A stretch of 64,000 nucleotides of DNA, from positions 69,874,001-69,938,000 of the forward strand of contig OZ024742.1 in the NCBI GenBank assembly GCA_964016885.1. Direction: 5' to 3'. This document shows positions 25,678-38,967 of the stretch, piece after piece. The notes under the pieces are model-generated. The model was not told the DNA's origin. It saw only the letters and a program-made list of their open reading frames with translations, and ran no database searches. Position numbers and translations under genes: made by a program. The number at the start of each line of letters is the position of its first letter. Positions within the stretch are counted from its first letter, which is position 1. The DNA is from Eledone cirrhosa (lineage: Eukaryota).

Positions 25678-26797
25678 TATATATATATAGTAATAATAAT
25701 AAATTTGAAGACTAAAATCCAAAGAGGGCTCGATAAGGATAAATATATATCAAATATATAAGAACCGTACACATTCACGCGAGCTGCTGACCAAATAATT
25801 TTTGTACAAGTTGAAAACATGTATGTATACATATATATAAATCTCTATATACACATGTACATCTATATACATACGCACACACTCAGATATATATATATAT
25901 TGAGTGAATGTGAAAGATCAAAGGTCCTTATTGAAAGTCTCTGGATGTGTATATTTCGCAAGGTACTTTTTATTGGAGAAGGTAAGAACTGTCACTTGCA
26001 CACCCTACTCTAAATAACAGTATACTATAACATTCACAATTATTTAACATTTTAATTATAACATTCTGTATTAACATTTAGTATTACTGTATACTGCCAG
26101 TAATATGTACAGTATTTATACATTATAATTAGTAAAAAATGCACATTTTTTTCCGCAAAAATGTTATTGCACAGTTTTGTTTTTATTTATGTATTTTTTT
26201 AATTGTATTATTTTATTTATTCATTATATAAATTAAATGATAGCATTCTATATGTAGGTGGGCTCCCATTATCTCCTAGCAGGGTCTAAATAGAGAATGG
26301 TACTTAAACAATTTAAGTACCATTCTCTGTTTAGACCCAGTCCGCCACTACATACATACGTCTGTGATCCGTGATTACATCACGGATCACAGACTTCACG
26401 CACCAGGACTGAACAAAGTTTGATTTACGCCTTGGGTCTTGTTTCCTTCATGAACTCAACTCCTCTCCCTAATTTCTTTAATATTACACATATACGTTCG
26501 TGCTTACTTCCCTACCCTTTGCCCCGTCACGTTTACCCCGTCCGTTATCACACACGCGCTTGTATATTCACCCCTAGATTCATATGGCTCTCTTATGGTC
26601 AGAAACGTATACTCTTATAGCTGATACAGACACCACACACCTCTACGTTTCCCTTCACAGCTCTGTATACACACACACACACACACACACCCTTATATTA
26701 ACATACTTTTGCTCACAGCTTCGTACTTACAAGCACAAACATACTCCTTTACTTCACTAAAGCAAATACGGATTTGAAACGAAAGAATGGTATTTAA

Positions 26798-28810
26798 CTA
26801 ATGTAATGGTACGCGATGGGGCCCACCCACAGCCCCGGCGGACAGAATGGAGAAGGCGTTTCCCCGGGGGACGGCAAGGGAGACGCGCTGGAAAAGCCAC
26901 TCCAACTCGCGGAGCTCACACCTACGGCTGGCCAGCTCAGCGCCTATGGTGGTGAGTAAGGAGGTAGCCCTGGGGCCAAGGACACCAGAAGTTTCCACTG
27001 CCAGGGGAACGACCGCAAACCTGTCGGAGAGCGACTGGTATTTGAGGAGCTTGGCCTCCTCAACCCGACGTGCAGCAGAACCTGGGTCAGTCGCAGACTG
27101 CACCAGGTTGCGGCTGCAGAAAGTGTCGGTGCAAGTGGCATCTCAGACGAGGGGTTTGCCACCGCGGAACGGGAAGATGGTCATGCCATCTGGTCTTTTG
27201 CCGTCCCCTCGATCCATCCCCACCGGCTCGAGCTGAGAAGGGAAGCCTGCAGCGTCCAAGCCATGCTTAATAACCTCGTTGAGGGCAGTATGGCGTGGAA
27301 TGCGGCCGGCACTGTGGCGACAGGAAAGCGGGTGGAGGCCGAAAGAGTCCACGGTGGAACCGCAGCGACATTGGTGTGGCTGGCAGATCCGGAGGCCGAG
27401 CCTCAGGGAAACGCCGATTCGCAGGCTATGGTTGTCTAGCTGCGTGCCAGTGGAGAAGGAGGGCAGAGCATGGAGCCAGGCACCACTGTGGGGTTTGGAG
27501 GCCGCACGAAAACAAGCAAGGCGGTGCTGGTCGAGCTGGCGCGTGAGCCTATCTGAGGCCAGGCTGCACTGGATGGCATCCCAAGTGCGTTGGGGGGGAC
27601 TTGACGTCAACTGGGGTAGAAGGAGGAGGGACGTCTACTGGGCTAAGTCCCAGCCGGTCCCACGTCTCACAGGCGGCCTCACGTTCTCTGAACACAGAGG
27701 GTTCTGTTGTGTTTTGAAGAACCCTGCTGACGAGGACGTGCCACGAGGTTACTGACGAAAGATACGCCGGAAAAGCTAGTGAGATCGGGGACCGGAGGCC
27801 TAGGCCGCCATACCTGACCGGTAAAGTGGCCTGTTGCCACCCTATGTCGTCAAACTTGACGTTGCATATCCCCTCGGCTGCTGCTCGGATACAAGTATCG
27901 AGGTCAGCGAGGAGAGATGTCTGGGTGTAGCATGGAGTGCTGCGGAGTGTATAGAGGAGCTTCGGCATGGCGAAGCAGTTCCTCAGCAGAAAGAGAGCTG
28001 GGTGGCCGTCAATCAAGCCCAGTCGGCTCGTGAGAATCTGGAGCTGTTGAAGCCTGGACCTGAAGGTGGAGCGGATGGCCGGCGGGTGGATCGGTGACCC
28101 GAGGATGAGGACATCCTCTTTGGGGGTCACCTGAACCTGGCGGAGAATGGACCGCACGTCCAAGACGGAGGCTGCAAAGCTCACACCATCGAGGCTGACG
28201 TTTACCACCTCCGACTTGGCCGAGTTGACCTGGAGGCCGATTCCCGCCAGGGCAGGAATCACCGATTGAAGGTCTTGGCAGACCGTCCGTACGGGCCCGC
28301 CCAACGTAGCATCATCCAGATACCAAACGTTGAGAGGGGCCGTGATACTTCGGGCGATGTGGTCAATATCAAGGGCGAACAGGAGGGGTCCCAAAGGGTC
28401 GCCCTGTTGGACCCCAGTAGCCGAGGGTATGACCGTATCAGCAGCTAGGAGCATGCTCGGGGCTCCATATGGCAGGTAGGCCAGCGAGTAGGCAGAGGGG
28501 GCTCGGCTGAGGCAGGCCTCGAGCAGATGATCCCGGCATAAAGAGTTAAAGGCATTCCTCATGTCAAGCTTGACAATGAGATGCCTGGAGTCCCTGTATG
28601 CCGGTACCGATGGGCAGCTGCTGAAGAACTGCCTGATTGCATGAGAGGCTCCCTCACAGCCACCGGACACGCCGACACCCAGTTGCACCGGACTAAACTC
28701 CTCACCCAGTTCATGTATGACGAACTTGCAGATCACCTTGGCAGCCAGCCTCCGGAAGACATTGCCCACAGCAATGAGGCGTATGCCACCCTCTTTCTTC
28801 CTACGGATGT
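26798..28810 (-). mobile_element. CRE-clade non-LTR retrotransposon (RT + restriction-like endonuclease), 5'-truncated, frameshifted
   Basis: RT GGIRLIAVGN, QLGVG, LDMRNAFNS, GVQQGDPLGPLLF, WYLDD, LPVRYGGLGL. Zn motif CRCG..H..C. RPDG..WD..KY..VPLAVET..RGNA is a PD-(D/E)xK REL signature. Confidence 0.88.
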
Positions 28811-28995
28811 ATAATAACAGACACACGCGCCTGCACACACACGTATAGCTCTATATACAAAACGTTTTTTTTTTCTATTTCAGATAGACGCGCTACATGA
28901 TCCACTTTTCTAAAAAAGGATATCATACTCAAAACGCCAGCATCAATACAAAGAACAAAACGAGGTTTCACATTGCGGTTTTTATTGATTAGGCT

Positions 28996-29083
28996 CAGTT
29001 ACGAACGTTTCACAGATTGGTGGCTCAGGATCCACATTAATCTTATAGACCCGACTCCAGCCTCAACTTGCTCATCAGAATTG
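28996..29083 (-). ncRNA. Hammerhead-like fold with intact core, long stem II and weak stem I
   Basis: CTGATGA GCA...TGT GAA ACG tt CGT A. Stem I pairs poorly. Confidence 0.4.
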
Positions 29084-29279
29084 TTAATCAAGCAAAACCA
29101 AAATCTCATCTAAGGGCATCCCATCCCAAACGATGTACACATACGTGGGTAAGGATTAATCAACGCCAACACAGAGGCATGTTCAAATATACACATGCAC
29201 CTACGCACCTACGCACACACACACATGCACACACACGCACATATATACACGTACATCCGCATGCACATACGCCCATACT

Positions 29280-29390
<111 letters not shown>

Positions 29391-29840
29391 ATAAACATAC
29401 ACACATATACACAGACACCTTCACGGACAATCTCAGCGAAATAATAAACACTGTTCTGAGGAGGCAAATACGAAGGTGAGCATAAAAAATTGGGATTTTA
29501 CTTCTCCGTAATGAATAATACAATGCCAAAACTTACAGAATTGCCTACATCAGTGAGTGACAGAATCATTACGATGAGATTGACATTGTCAAAAAACTGC
29601 TGCAATAATCATTGATTGTGCTCTAAATATGACAAAAATAACAATAAAAATAGTTAGACTAAATATTGTATCGGTACTATAGTAATTGTAGCTAAGCCCT
29701 ATCTTCGCATGGACAAACGGCTACCTTTGGAAAACTTCAGTACCAGGGTCGGGAGAAACGATAGAAATTGACCCTTAATTATGAGAAAATGTTCGATTGA
29801 TGGCTGGAACTCTGGTGAAAAGCTTCTATTGGCTATATAT

Positions 29841-29942
29841 AAGTGTTTCTACTTTTGGCACACGGCCAGCAATTCTCCCAGTGTATTACTGGTACTTTAT
29901 TTTATCGACCCCGTAAGGATGAAAGGCAAAGTTAACCTTGGC
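29841..29942 (-). mobile_element. SINE (major family) 3' half
   Basis: Reverse complement of the core and 3' end. Confidence 0.88.
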
Positions 29943-31486
29943 TATATATAATGATATTGAACTTGTAGTTACACATACTATATTCTAAAAGGAAATCGAA
30001 TATAAGACAACATTTGCATGTCATTGATTTTTGTCATTACACGACAGCGAGATAGAATGGGCACCGTAGCTCCAGAATTATGCGTTATGCGCTGCGTAAA
30101 CTACCCGACCAGTTATCTGCTATTTAGTTATCAGTTTGTTGCCTTCAATATACTTCAAAAGTACAACAGACATAATCCTGCTGAACCTGTCAAGTTACAC
30201 AACGAAAAGTTGCGTATCGCAATTCAAAAAATGAAATTAATCAAGATATGAAATAGGCACATACCTAATGGGGCGTGTAAGAATAGAAAATCAGCCAGGC
30301 TTGGTCGTGAATTCCTGTATGACGGGAATAAATTTGTTATTGGCAAGCTTGATCGGAAACAACCAAGATTAGTTCGTCTTTAATGATCCTGAATTGAAAC
30401 TACTTGACTGACTATGATAGCTTCAAAGACATTTGATGGCTATGATAGACTGTAGTTAAAAATTTCCAGACGGGTTTCTCGACAAAACTCGAAGAAAGTT
30501 GGGTGCTGTAGAGAAAAAAATATGTTACCTAAAATTAATTGATAAAAGAAAGTGTTGTTAGACAGGATATGAGTATTGAAGAGATGGATTGAAACATGTT
30601 TCTGAGTTCTCAGTATCTCTACTTACATTGATCAAGTTGTAGAATTAATTCAATTTTCGATAAGATTCCAAGTATGGGAGAATTGGTGAGGAGAAAATTT
30701 GGAAAGATGGTGAATTTAACTTTACTGAAAGACTGTACAGAAAGCTGGATACCAGAAGTTTTCACAATTTTATAGAAAAGAAATAGAACAGATTGTGGAA
30801 ATTATAGATGAATCTCAGCTTTATTAAAATATTCACCCGAATATTTTTAAACAGACTTACAAACCACATAATCTAAGAAATGATACCAGGTACAGTGTGG
30901 TCACCGACCAAAGTCACAGCACAATAGAGGTGATCTGCTTCTGACATAAGAAATCCATAGAACAGGAGAAGTTCTTGCTGATTTTACAAAAACATTTGAT
31001 ATTGTAGTTAGGTGATCATATGACAAATAGTGAGGAAAGATAGCTGTCCTGAAAAATTTGCATCCATGATAAAGATCCTGCAAACTGGAATCATGGCAAA
31101 AGTTAACAGTAGAGAAGACACATCAGGTACATCTACAGAAATAAAAGATGGTAGACAAGGATATATTTTACTACCTACGCTGATCTCCGTCTTTTTCACA
31201 TGAAACCCAACCAAACTCCACTCCACTTTAACATCACCCATTTTAGAGCAAAATAATGGAACCACCCAGATATTTGTAAGAGATCTATTGAATGCGGATA
31301 ACAGCGCGCTCGTTGCTCATACGCCACAGACATACACATTCACAAAGATCTCCAGTGCAATGAGCTCACTAGATGAACATCAATAGACATAGTGTTATAC
31401 CAACACATGAAGAAAGTGTCTCAATTGATGATATTAATCGGAAAACTGTACATAACTTTACATGTCTTGAGACTATTATATTGTAA

Positions 31487-31561
31487 GACGGGGTCGATAA
31501 AATAAAGTACCAGTAATGCACTGGGTTATTGCTGGCCTTGTGCCAAAAGTAGAAACAATTA
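31487..31561 (+). mobile_element. SINE (major family) 3' fragment
   Basis: ACGGGGTCGATAAAATAAAGTACC...AGTAGAAAC. Confidence 0.85.
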
Positions 31562-32063
31562 TATTGTAAGACGGACATAATGATAATGAGCTACAAAGAG
31601 ATCAAAGGAAAAACAACATTTGAACGACTGCGTCTACAGCTATAGAACCAGGCCCATGGTCTAGCTTTGGCTTTTGGTGGTGGTGGGGGAGGGACCAGAA
31701 CATTCTTGGTAGGTACTCTAATTTGGAATAAAGCTAATGCGGAGTTTCGGGATAAGCATATCACCGTATATTTTCATATTTTCTAAACCTGGGGGATGTA
31801 CCATTGAAAAATAGGGGTGGGGATGGATCAATGTCCTCTGGCGCACCTACACACTCACATTTACATGTAAACATCTTGGTGACATATAGAATAATCATGT
31901 GTATACTACGATAAAGTGAGAGGTAGCCAAACCAGTTGTCCTATCCACTCTTTATATGATACCCAACTGTGGACATTGTGCAGGACTCCTGCAGAACCTT
32001 CATCCTTACATGATGAGGCCCCTGCGTTTATTGATGAAAGTCTGCAGGAGAGACCCGCTTCCC

Positions 32064-32475
32064 AACACACACACACACACACACACACATGCATACACAC
32101 ACACACACACACACACACATGCATACACACACACACACACACACATGCATACACACGCGTACACACACACACACGCACGCACATGCACATATACACACAC
32201 GCAGACACACAAATACACACAAATACACACACACACACACACACATACCTACATGCACACACACACGCGCACACACGTACACACATACAGACACGCACAT
32301 GCACACATGCATACACACACACGCATACACACGCGTACACACACACACGCGCACGCGCACGCACATGCACATATACACACACACAGACACACAAATACAC
32401 ACACACACATACCTACATGCACACACACACACACGCACACACGTACACACATACAGACACGCACATGCACACACG
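32064..32475. repeat. Degenerate (CA)n low-complexity tract
   Basis: Seen directly. Confidence 0.95.
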
Positions 32476-32508
32476 TAACCATGCACTCTCTCACTAACCT
32501 AGGGGTAA

Positions 32509-35500
32509 ACGTCGGACAAAGTATTAAGAACCACCACAACCACTGACATCTCCACCTCCACCTCCATAACTACCTCCAGCTATACCATCACCCATAACAC
32601 CTTCACCAGCGACACAACCACCAATACCACCGACATCACCACCACCACCTCCATAACTACCTCCAGCTATACCATCACCCATAACACCTTCACCAGCGAC
32701 ACAACCACCAATACCACCGACATCTCCACCACCACCTCCATAACTACCTCCAGCTATACCATCACCCATAACACCTTCACCAGCGACACAACCACCAATA
32801 CCACCGACATCTCCACCACCACCTCCATAACTACCTCCAGCTATACCATCACCCATAACACCTTCACCAGCGACACAACCACCAATACCACCGACATCTC
32901 CACCACCACCTCCATAACTACCTCCAGCTATACCATCACCCATAACACCTTCACCAGCGACACAACCACCAATACCACCGACATCTCCACCACCACCTCC
33001 ATAACTACCTCCAGCTATACCATCACCCATAACACCTTCACCAGCGACACAACCACCAATACCACCGACATCTCCACCACCACCTCCATAACTACCTCCA
33101 GCTATACCATCACCCATAACACCTTCACCAGCGACACAACCACCAATACCACCGACATCTCCACCACCACCTCCATAACTACCTCCAGCTATACCATCAC
33201 CCATAACACCTTCACCAACGACACAACCACCAATACCACCGACATCTCCACCACCACCTCCATAACTACCTCCAGCTATACCATCACCCATAACACCTTC
33301 ACCAGCGACACAACCACCAATACCACCGACATCACCACCACCACCTCCATAACTACCTCCAGCTATACCATCACCCATAACACCTTCACCAGCGACACAA
33401 CCACCACAATCACTGACATCTCCACCAACACCTCCATAACTACCTCCAGCTATACCATCACCCATAACACCTTCACCAGCGACACAACAACCAATACCAC
33501 CGACATCTCCACCTCCACCTCCATAACTACCTCCAGCTATACCATCACCCATAACACCTTCACCAGCGACACAACCACCACCTCCATAACTACCTCTAGC
33601 TATACCATCACCCATAACACCTTCACCAGCGACACAACCACCACAACCACTGACATCTCCACCTCCACCTCCATAACTACCTCCAGCTATACCATCACCC
33701 ATAACACCTTCACCAGCGACACAACCACCAATACCACCGACATCACCACCACCACCTCCATAACTACCTCCAGCTATACCATCACCCATAACACCTTCAC
33801 CAGCGACACAACAACCAATACCACCGACATCTCCACCTCCACCTCCATAACTACCTCCAGCTATACCATCACCCATAACACCTTCACCAGCGACACAACC
33901 ACCACCTCCATAACTACCTCCAGCTATACCATCACCCATAACACCTTCACCAGCGACACAACCACCACAACCACTGACATCTCCACCTCCACCTCCATAA
34001 CTACCTCCAGCTATACCATCACCCATAACACCTTCACCAGCGACACAATCACCACAACCACTGACATCTCCACCACCACCTCCATAACTACCTCCAGTTA
34101 TACCATCACCCATAACACCTTCACCAGCGACACAACCACCACAACCACTGACATCACCACCACCACCTCCATAACTACCTCCAGCTATACCATCACCCAT
34201 AACACCTTCACCAGCGACACAACCACCAATACCACCGACATCTCCACCACCACCTCCATAACTACCTCCAGCTATACCATCACCCATAACACCTTCACCA
34301 GCGACACAACCACCACAACCACTGACATCACCACCACCACCTCCATAACTACCTCCAGCTATACCATCACCCATAACACCTTCACCAGCGACACAACCAC
34401 CAATACCACCGACATCTCCACCACCACCTCCATAACTACGTCCAGCTATACCATCACCCATAACACCTTCACCAGCGACACAACCACCACAACCACTGAC
34501 ATCTCCACCTCCACCTCCATAACTACCTCCAGCTATACCATCACCCATAACACCTTCACCAGCGACACAACCACCACAACCACTGACATCACCACCACCA
34601 CCTCCATAACTACCTCCAGCTATACCATCACCCATAACACCTTCACCAGCGACACAACCACCACAATCACTGACATCTCCACCAACACCTCCATAACTAC
34701 CTCCAGCTATACCATCACCCATAACACCTTCACCAGCGACACAACCACCACAACCACTGACATCACCACCACCACCTCCATAACTACCTCCAGCTATACC
34801 ATCACCCATAACACCTTCACCAGCGACACAACCACCAATACCACCGACATCACCACCACCACCTCCATAACTAACTCCAGCTATACCATCACCCATAACA
34901 CCTTCACCAGCGACACAACAACCAATACCACCGACATCTCCACCTCCACCTCCATAACTACCTCCAGCTATACCATCACCCATAACACCTTCACCAGCGA
35001 CACAACCACCACAACCACTGACATCACCACCACCACCTCCATAACTACCTCCAGCTATACCATCACCCATAACACCTTCAGCAGCGACACAACCACCAAT
35101 ACCACTGACATCTCCACCACCACCTCCATAACTACCTCCAGCTATACCATCACCCATAACACCTTCACCAGCGACACAACCACCAATACCACCGACATCA
35201 CCACCACCACCTCCATAACTACCTCCAGCTATACCATCACCTATAACACCTTCACCAGCGACACAACCACCACAATCACTGACATCTCCACCAACACCTC
35301 CATAACTACCTCCAGCTATACCATCACCCATAACACCTTCACCAGCGACACAACAACCAATACCACCGACATCTCCACCTCCACCTCCATAACTACCTCC
35401 AGCTATACCATCACCCATAACACCTTCACCAGCGACACAACCACCAATACCACCGACATCACCACCACCTCCATAACTACCTCCAGCTATACCATCACCC

Positions 35501-37905
35501 ATAACACCTTCACCAGCGACACAACCACCACAACCACTGACATCTCCACCTCCACCTCCATAACTACCTCCAACTATACCATCACCCATAACACCTTCAC
35601 CAGCGACACAACCACCACAATCACTGACATCTCCACCACCACGTCCATAACTACCTCCAGCTATACCATCACCCATAACACCTTCACCAGCGACACAACC
35701 ACCACAACCACTGACATCACCACCACCACCTCCATAACTACCTCCAGCTATACCATCACCCATAACACCTTCACCAGCGACACAACCACCAATACCACCG
35801 ACATCTCCACCACCACCTCCATAACTACCTCCAGCTATACCATCACCCATAACACCTTCACCAGCGACACAACCACCACAACCACTGACATCACCACCAC
35901 CACCTCCATAACTACCTCCAGCTATACCATCACCCATAACACCTTCACCAGCGACACAACCACCAATACCACCGACATCTCCACCACCACCTCCATAACT
36001 ACCTCCAGCTATACCATCACCCATAACACCTTCACCAGCGACACAACCACCACAACCACTGACATCTCCACCTCCACCTCCATAACTACCTCCAGCTATA
36101 CCATCACCCATAACACCTTCACCAGCGACACAACCACCACAACCACTGACATCACCACCACCACCTCCATAACTACCTCCAGCTATACCATCACCCATAA
36201 CACCTTCACCAGCGACACAACCACCAATACCACCGACATCACCACCACCACCTCCATAACTACCTCCAGCTATACCATCACCCATAACACCTTCACCAGC
36301 GACACAACCACCAATACCACCGACATCACCACCACCACCTCCATAACTACCTCCAGCTTTACCATCACCCATAACATCTTCACCAGCGACACAACCACCA
36401 CAACCACTGACATCTCCACCTCCACCTCCATAACTACCTCCAGCTATACCATCACCCATAACACCTTCACCAGCGACACAACCACCAATACCACCGACAT
36501 CTCCACCACCACCTCCATAAATACCTCCAGCTATACCATCACCCATAACACCTTCACCAGCGACACAACCACCAATACCACCGACATCTCCACCTCCACC
36601 TCCATAACTACCTCCAGCTATACCATCACCCATAACACCTTCACCAGCGACACAACCACCAATACCACCGACATCACCACCACCACCTCCATAACTACCT
36701 CCAGCTATACCATCACCCATAACACCTTCACCAGCGACACAACCACCAATACCACCGACATCTCCACCTCCACCTCCATAACTACCTCCAGCTATACCAT
36801 CACCCATAACACCTTCACCAGCGACACAACCACCAATACCACCGACATCTCCACCACCACCTCCATAACTAGCTCCAGCTATACCATCACCCATAACACC
36901 TTCACCAGCGACACAACCACCAATACCACCGACATCACCACCACCACCTCCATAACTACCTCCAGCTATACCATCACCCATAACACCTTCACCAGCGACA
37001 CAACCACCACAACCACTGACATCACCACCACCACCTCCATAACTACCTCCAGCTATACCATCACCCATAACACCTTCACCAGCGACACAACCACCAATAC
37101 CACTGACATCTCCACCACCACCTCCATAACTACCTCCAGCTATACTATCACCCATAACACCTTCACCAGCGACACAACCACCACAACCACTGACATCACC
37201 ACCACCACCTCCATAACTACCTCCAGCTATACCATCACCCATAACACCTTCACCAGCGACACAACCACCAATACCACCGACATCACCACCACCACCTCCA
37301 TAACTACCTCCAGCTATACCATCACCCATGACACCTTCACCAGCGACACAACCACCAATACCACCGACATCACCACCACCACCTCCATAACTACCTCCAG
37401 CTATACCATCACCCATAACATCTTCACCAGCGACACAACCACCACAACCACTGACATCTCCACCTCCAGCTATACCATCACCCATAACACCTTCACCAGC
37501 GACACAACCACCAATACCACCGACATCTCCACCACCACCTCCATAAATACCTCCAGCTATACCATCACCCATAACACCTTCACCAGCGACACAACCACCA
37601 ATACCACCGACATCTCCACCACCACCTCCATAACTACCTCCAGCTATACCATCACCCATAACACCTTCACCAGCGACACAACCACCAATACCACCGACAT
37701 ATCCACCACCACCTCCATAACTACCTCCAGCTATACCATCACCCATAACACCTTCACCAGCGACACAACCACCAATACCACCGACATCTCCACCACCACC
37801 TCCATAACTACCTCCATATCTACAACATCCACCATCACCACAACGACCACAACGACCACACCCTCCATCACCACTACCACCTTACTAATTTATATGGGTA
37901 GGTAA
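32509..37905 (+). CDS. Possible mucin-like Thr/Ser-rich exon ([29 protein letters not shown])n
   Basis: Stop-free frame from 32509 to TAA 37903-37905, read by eye. Donor-like G|GTAGGT and AG|GTAATT lie near 37897-37907; the acceptor is poor. No unique domain. Confidence 0.3.
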   Translation, partial: TSDKVLRTTTTTDISTSTSITTSSYTITHNTFTSDTTTNTTDITTTTSITTSSYTITHNTFTSDTTTNTTDISTTTSITTSSYTITHNTFTSDTTTNTTDISTTTSITTSSYTITHNTFTSDTTTNTTDISTTTSITTSSYTITHNTFTSDTTTNTTDISTTTSITTSSYTITHNTFTSDTTTNTTDISTTTSITTSSYTITHNTFTSDTTTNTTDISTTTSITTSSYTITHNTFTNDTTTNTTDISTTTSITTSSYTITHNTFTSDTTTNTTDITTTTSITTSSYTITHNTFTSDTTTTITDISTNTSITTSSYTITHNTFTSDTTTNTTDISTSTSITTSSYTITHNTFTSDTTTTSITTSSYTITHNTFTSDTTTTTTDISTSTSITTSSYTITHNTFTSDTTTNTTDITTTTSITTSSYTITHNTFTSDTTTNTTDISTSTSITTSSYTITHNTFTSDTTTTSITTSSYTITHNTFTSDTTTTTTDISTSTSITTSSYTITHNTFTSDTITTTTDISTTTSITTSSYTITHNTFTSDTTTTTTDITTTTSITTSSYTITHNTFTSDTTTNTTDISTTTSITTSSYTITHNTFTSDTTTTTTDITTTTSITTSSYTITHNTFTSDTTTNTTDISTTTSITTSSYTITHNTFTSDTTTTTTDISTSTSITTSSYTITHNTFTSDTTTTTTDITTTTSITTSSYTITHNTFTSDTTTTITDISTNTSITTSSYTITHNTFTSDTTTTTTDITTTTSITTSSYTITHNTFTSDTTTNTTDITTTTSITNSSYTITHNTFTSDTTTNTTDISTSTSITTSSYTITHNTFTSDTTTTTTDITTTTSITTSSYTITHNTFSSDTTTNTTDISTTTSITTSSYTITHNTFTSDTTTNTTDITTTTSITTSSYTITYNTFTSDTTTTITDISTNTSITTSSYTITHNTFTSDTTTNTTDISTSTSITTSSYTITHNTFTSDTTTNTTDITTTSITTSSYTITHNTFTSDTTTTTTDISTSTSITTSNYTITHNTFTSDTTTTITDISTTTSITTSSYTITHNTFTSDTTTTTTDITTTTSITTSSYTITHNTFTSDTTTNTTDISTTTSITTSSYTITHNTFTSDTTTTTTDITTTTSITTSSYTITHNTFTSDTTTNTTDISTTTSITTSSYTITHNTFTSDTTTTTTDISTSTSITTSSYTITHNTFTSDTTTTTTDITTTTSITTSSYTITHNTFTSDTTTNTTDITTTTSITTSSYTITHNTFTSDTTTNTTDITTTTSITTSSFTITHNIFTSDTTTTTTDISTSTSITTSSYTITHNTFTSDTTTNTTDISTTTSINTSSYTITHNTFTSDTTTNTTDISTSTSITTSSYTITHNTFTSDTTTNTTDITTTTSITTSSYTITHNTFTSDTTTNTTDISTSTSITTSSYTITHNTFTSDTTTNTTDISTTTSITSSSYTITHNTFTSDTTTNTTDITTTTSITTSSYTITHNTFTSDTTTTTTDITTTTSITTSSYTITHNTFTSDTTTNTTDISTTTSITTSSYTITHNTFTSDTTTTTTDITTTTSITTSSYTITHNTFTSDTTTNTTDITTTTSITTSSYTITHDTFTSDTTTNTTDITTTTSITTSSYTITHNIFTSDTTTTTTDISTSSYTITHNTFTSDTTTNTTDISTTTSINTSSYTITHNTFTSDTTTNTTDISTTTSITTSSYTITHNTFTSDTTTNTTDISTTTSITTSSYTITHNTFTSDTTTNTTDISTTTSITTSISTTSTITTTTTTTTPSITTTTLLIYMGR
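32524..37746 (-). CDS. Alternative: Gly-rich repetitive structural-protein-like ORF ([29 protein letters not shown])n
   Basis: 1740-aa ORF, the exact antisense register of the Thr-rich frame. No signal peptide or unique sequence. Confidence 0.2.
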   Translation of the reverse strand: MGDGIAGGSYGGGGGYVGGIGGCVAGEGVMGDGIAGGSYGGGGGDVGGIGGCVAGEGVMGDGIAGGIYGGGGGDVGGIGGCVAGEGVMGDGIAGGGDVSGCGGCVAGEDVMGDGIAGGSYGGGGGDVGGIGGCVAGEGVMGDGIAGGSYGGGGGDVGGIGGCVAGEGVMGDGIAGGSYGGGGGDVSGCGGCVAGEGVMGDSIAGGSYGGGGGDVSGIGGCVAGEGVMGDGIAGGSYGGGGGDVSGCGGCVAGEGVMGDGIAGGSYGGGGGDVGGIGGCVAGEGVMGDGIAGASYGGGGGDVGGIGGCVAGEGVMGDGIAGGSYGGGGGDVGGIGGCVAGEGVMGDGIAGGSYGGGGGDVGGIGGCVAGEGVMGDGIAGGSYGGGGGDVGGIGGCVAGEGVMGDGIAGGIYGGGGGDVGGIGGCVAGEGVMGDGIAGGSYGGGGGDVSGCGGCVAGEDVMGDGKAGGSYGGGGGDVGGIGGCVAGEGVMGDGIAGGSYGGGGGDVGGIGGCVAGEGVMGDGIAGGSYGGGGGDVSGCGGCVAGEGVMGDGIAGGSYGGGGGDVSGCGGCVAGEGVMGDGIAGGSYGGGGGDVGGIGGCVAGEGVMGDGIAGGSYGGGGGDVSGCGGCVAGEGVMGDGIAGGSYGGGGGDVGGIGGCVAGEGVMGDGIAGGSYGGGGGDVSGCGGCVAGEGVMGDGIAGGSYGRGGGDVSDCGGCVAGEGVMGDGIVGGSYGGGGGDVSGCGGCVAGEGVMGDGIAGGSYGGGGDVGGIGGCVAGEGVMGDGIAGGSYGGGGGDVGGIGCCVAGEGVMGDGIAGGSYGGVGGDVSDCGGCVAGEGVIGDGIAGGSYGGGGGDVGGIGGCVAGEGVMGDGIAGGSYGGGGGDVSGIGGCVAAEGVMGDGIAGGSYGGGGGDVSGCGGCVAGEGVMGDGIAGGSYGGGGGDVGGIGCCVAGEGVMGDGIAGVSYGGGGGDVGGIGGCVAGEGVMGDGIAGGSYGGGGGDVSGCGGCVAGEGVMGDGIAGGSYGGVGGDVSDCGGCVAGEGVMGDGIAGGSYGGGGGDVSGCGGCVAGEGVMGDGIAGGSYGGGGGDVSGCGGCVAGEGVMGDGIAGRSYGGGGGDVGGIGGCVAGEGVMGDGIAGGSYGGGGGDVSGCGGCVAGEGVMGDGIAGGSYGGGGGDVGGIGGCVAGEGVMGDGIAGGSYGGGGGDVSGCGGCVAGEGVMGDGITGGSYGGGGGDVSGCGDCVAGEGVMGDGIAGGSYGGGGGDVSGCGGCVAGEGVMGDGIAGGSYGGGGCVAGEGVMGDGIAGGSYGGGGGDVGGIGCCVAGEGVMGDGIAGGSYGGGGGDVGGIGGCVAGEGVMGDGIAGGSYGGGGGDVSGCGGCVAGEGVMGDGIARGSYGGGGCVAGEGVMGDGIAGGSYGGGGGDVGGIGCCVAGEGVMGDGIAGGSYGGVGGDVSDCGGCVAGEGVMGDGIAGGSYGGGGGDVGGIGGCVAGEGVMGDGIAGGSYGGGGGDVGGIGGCVVGEGVMGDGIAGGSYGGGGGDVGGIGGCVAGEGVMGDGIAGGSYGGGGGDVGGIGGCVAGEGVMGDGIAGGSYGGGGGDVGGIGGCVAGEGVMGDGIAGGSYGGGGGDVGGIGGCVAGEGVMGDGIAGGSYGGGGGDVGGIGGCVAGEGVMGDGIAGGSYGGGGGDVGGIGGCVAGEGVMGDGIAGGSYGGGGGDVGGIGGCVAGEGVMGDGIAGGSYGGGGGDVSGCGGS
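32530..37815. repeat. Tandem array of an 87-bp unit (~61 copies)
   Basis: Unit ACAACCACCAATACCACCGACATCTCCACCACCACCTCCATAACTACCTCCAGCTATACCATCACCCATAACACCTTCACCAGCGAC = 29 codons. Confidence 0.98.
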
Positions 37906-38686
37906 TTAAAGCATTATAAAGGGCTGTTACTATGACCACTGCCTTCATACCCGCATTACTAACGCAGCTTGGCTTTCTCTATCTCATAACTATCTGATGT
38001 TGGTAGTGATTGGGATGGTGGTGGTATTGGTTATTGTGGTGTTATTGGTGAAGATATACAGACCTTCCAACCTCTAAAAATCCAAACAGGGAGTACCATG
38101 AAAAAAAGAAATGAGGCAATTTTACATAATGAAAGCTATACCCATTTTCACAAGAGAAGACATCTCTCCCCCACTTAGGCGTGGGTGAGAGATCCCCACG
38201 TCGGACGGGGAGAATTGACAGGATATGTACGTTAAGAATTTTATTTTTTATTGAAAACTAGTCGCAGATCTCTTCTTGGCAAACGTTCGACAATACGTAG
38301 GGATTAGAAATATATTAAATTAGAAAGATATAAAATCATAGATTATATTAGTATAAATTCTGTAGTAAAGACTATAGTATAGCTAGTATATATTCTATTG
38401 TAGTGACTTGTAATAGTATATGTATTAGACTGGCATATTGTCTATAAATTAGACTAATATCGAATTTATTCTATAGACTATTGTTTAAGGTCTGTTATTG
38501 TATTGAGTCGATTGTATAGATTTACAAATACTCTGTATATCAGACAGGTATCGTATCTATTGTATAGATTTGTATAAATTCTATAGATTAAACTGGTATA
38601 GAATTTATAGATTAGACTGACATAGGTTCTATAGATTAGACTGACATAGAGTCTATTTTATAGGTTGGTATAAAAGGATAAAAGGA

Positions 38687-38967
38687 TGTTATACTTGGGG
38701 AGGGTCATATTGTTATAATGTTGCCAAAAATAAGAATAAAACACACTCACTGTTTGGTTTGGATTAGTTTTCGCTTTTGTATCTTTTATATCTCCATAGT
38801 TATTTTATCTGGCAATCAATGTTTATCATAATCAATGATAAACATTGATTACCAGATAAATTAACTATGGAGATATAAAAGATACAGAAGCGAAAACCAA
38901 ACAGTGAGTGTGTTTTATTCTTATTTCTGGCAATATTGTAACAATATGACCCTCCCCAAGTATAACA
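38687..38967. repeat. ~280-bp imperfect palindrome
   Basis: TGTTATACTTGGGGAGGGTCATATTG ... CAATATGACCCTCCCCAAGTATAACA, with a short loop at ~38830. Confidence 0.93.

Larger units (their letters stand above)
24301..26350. mobile_element. hAT-like non-autonomous DNA transposon containing a nested SINE and Helitron
   Basis: TIR AGTGGCGGACTGG ... CCAGTCCGCCACT. The 8-mer CATACATA sits on both sides (24293-24300, 26351-26358), although it lies in a (TACA)n context. Confidence 0.6.
29440..31640 (+). mobile_element. Heavily decayed RTE-clade LINE interrupted by SINEs
   Basis: LPTSVSDRIITMRL (APE), NRTDCGNYR*IS, FYKTFDIV, CPEKFASMIKIL, GRQGYILLPTL. Confidence 0.7.

Noticed and set aside
32530-37815. 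CRISPR-like array
   Set aside because: Head-to-tail repeats without unique spacers, eukaryotic context, no cas genes.
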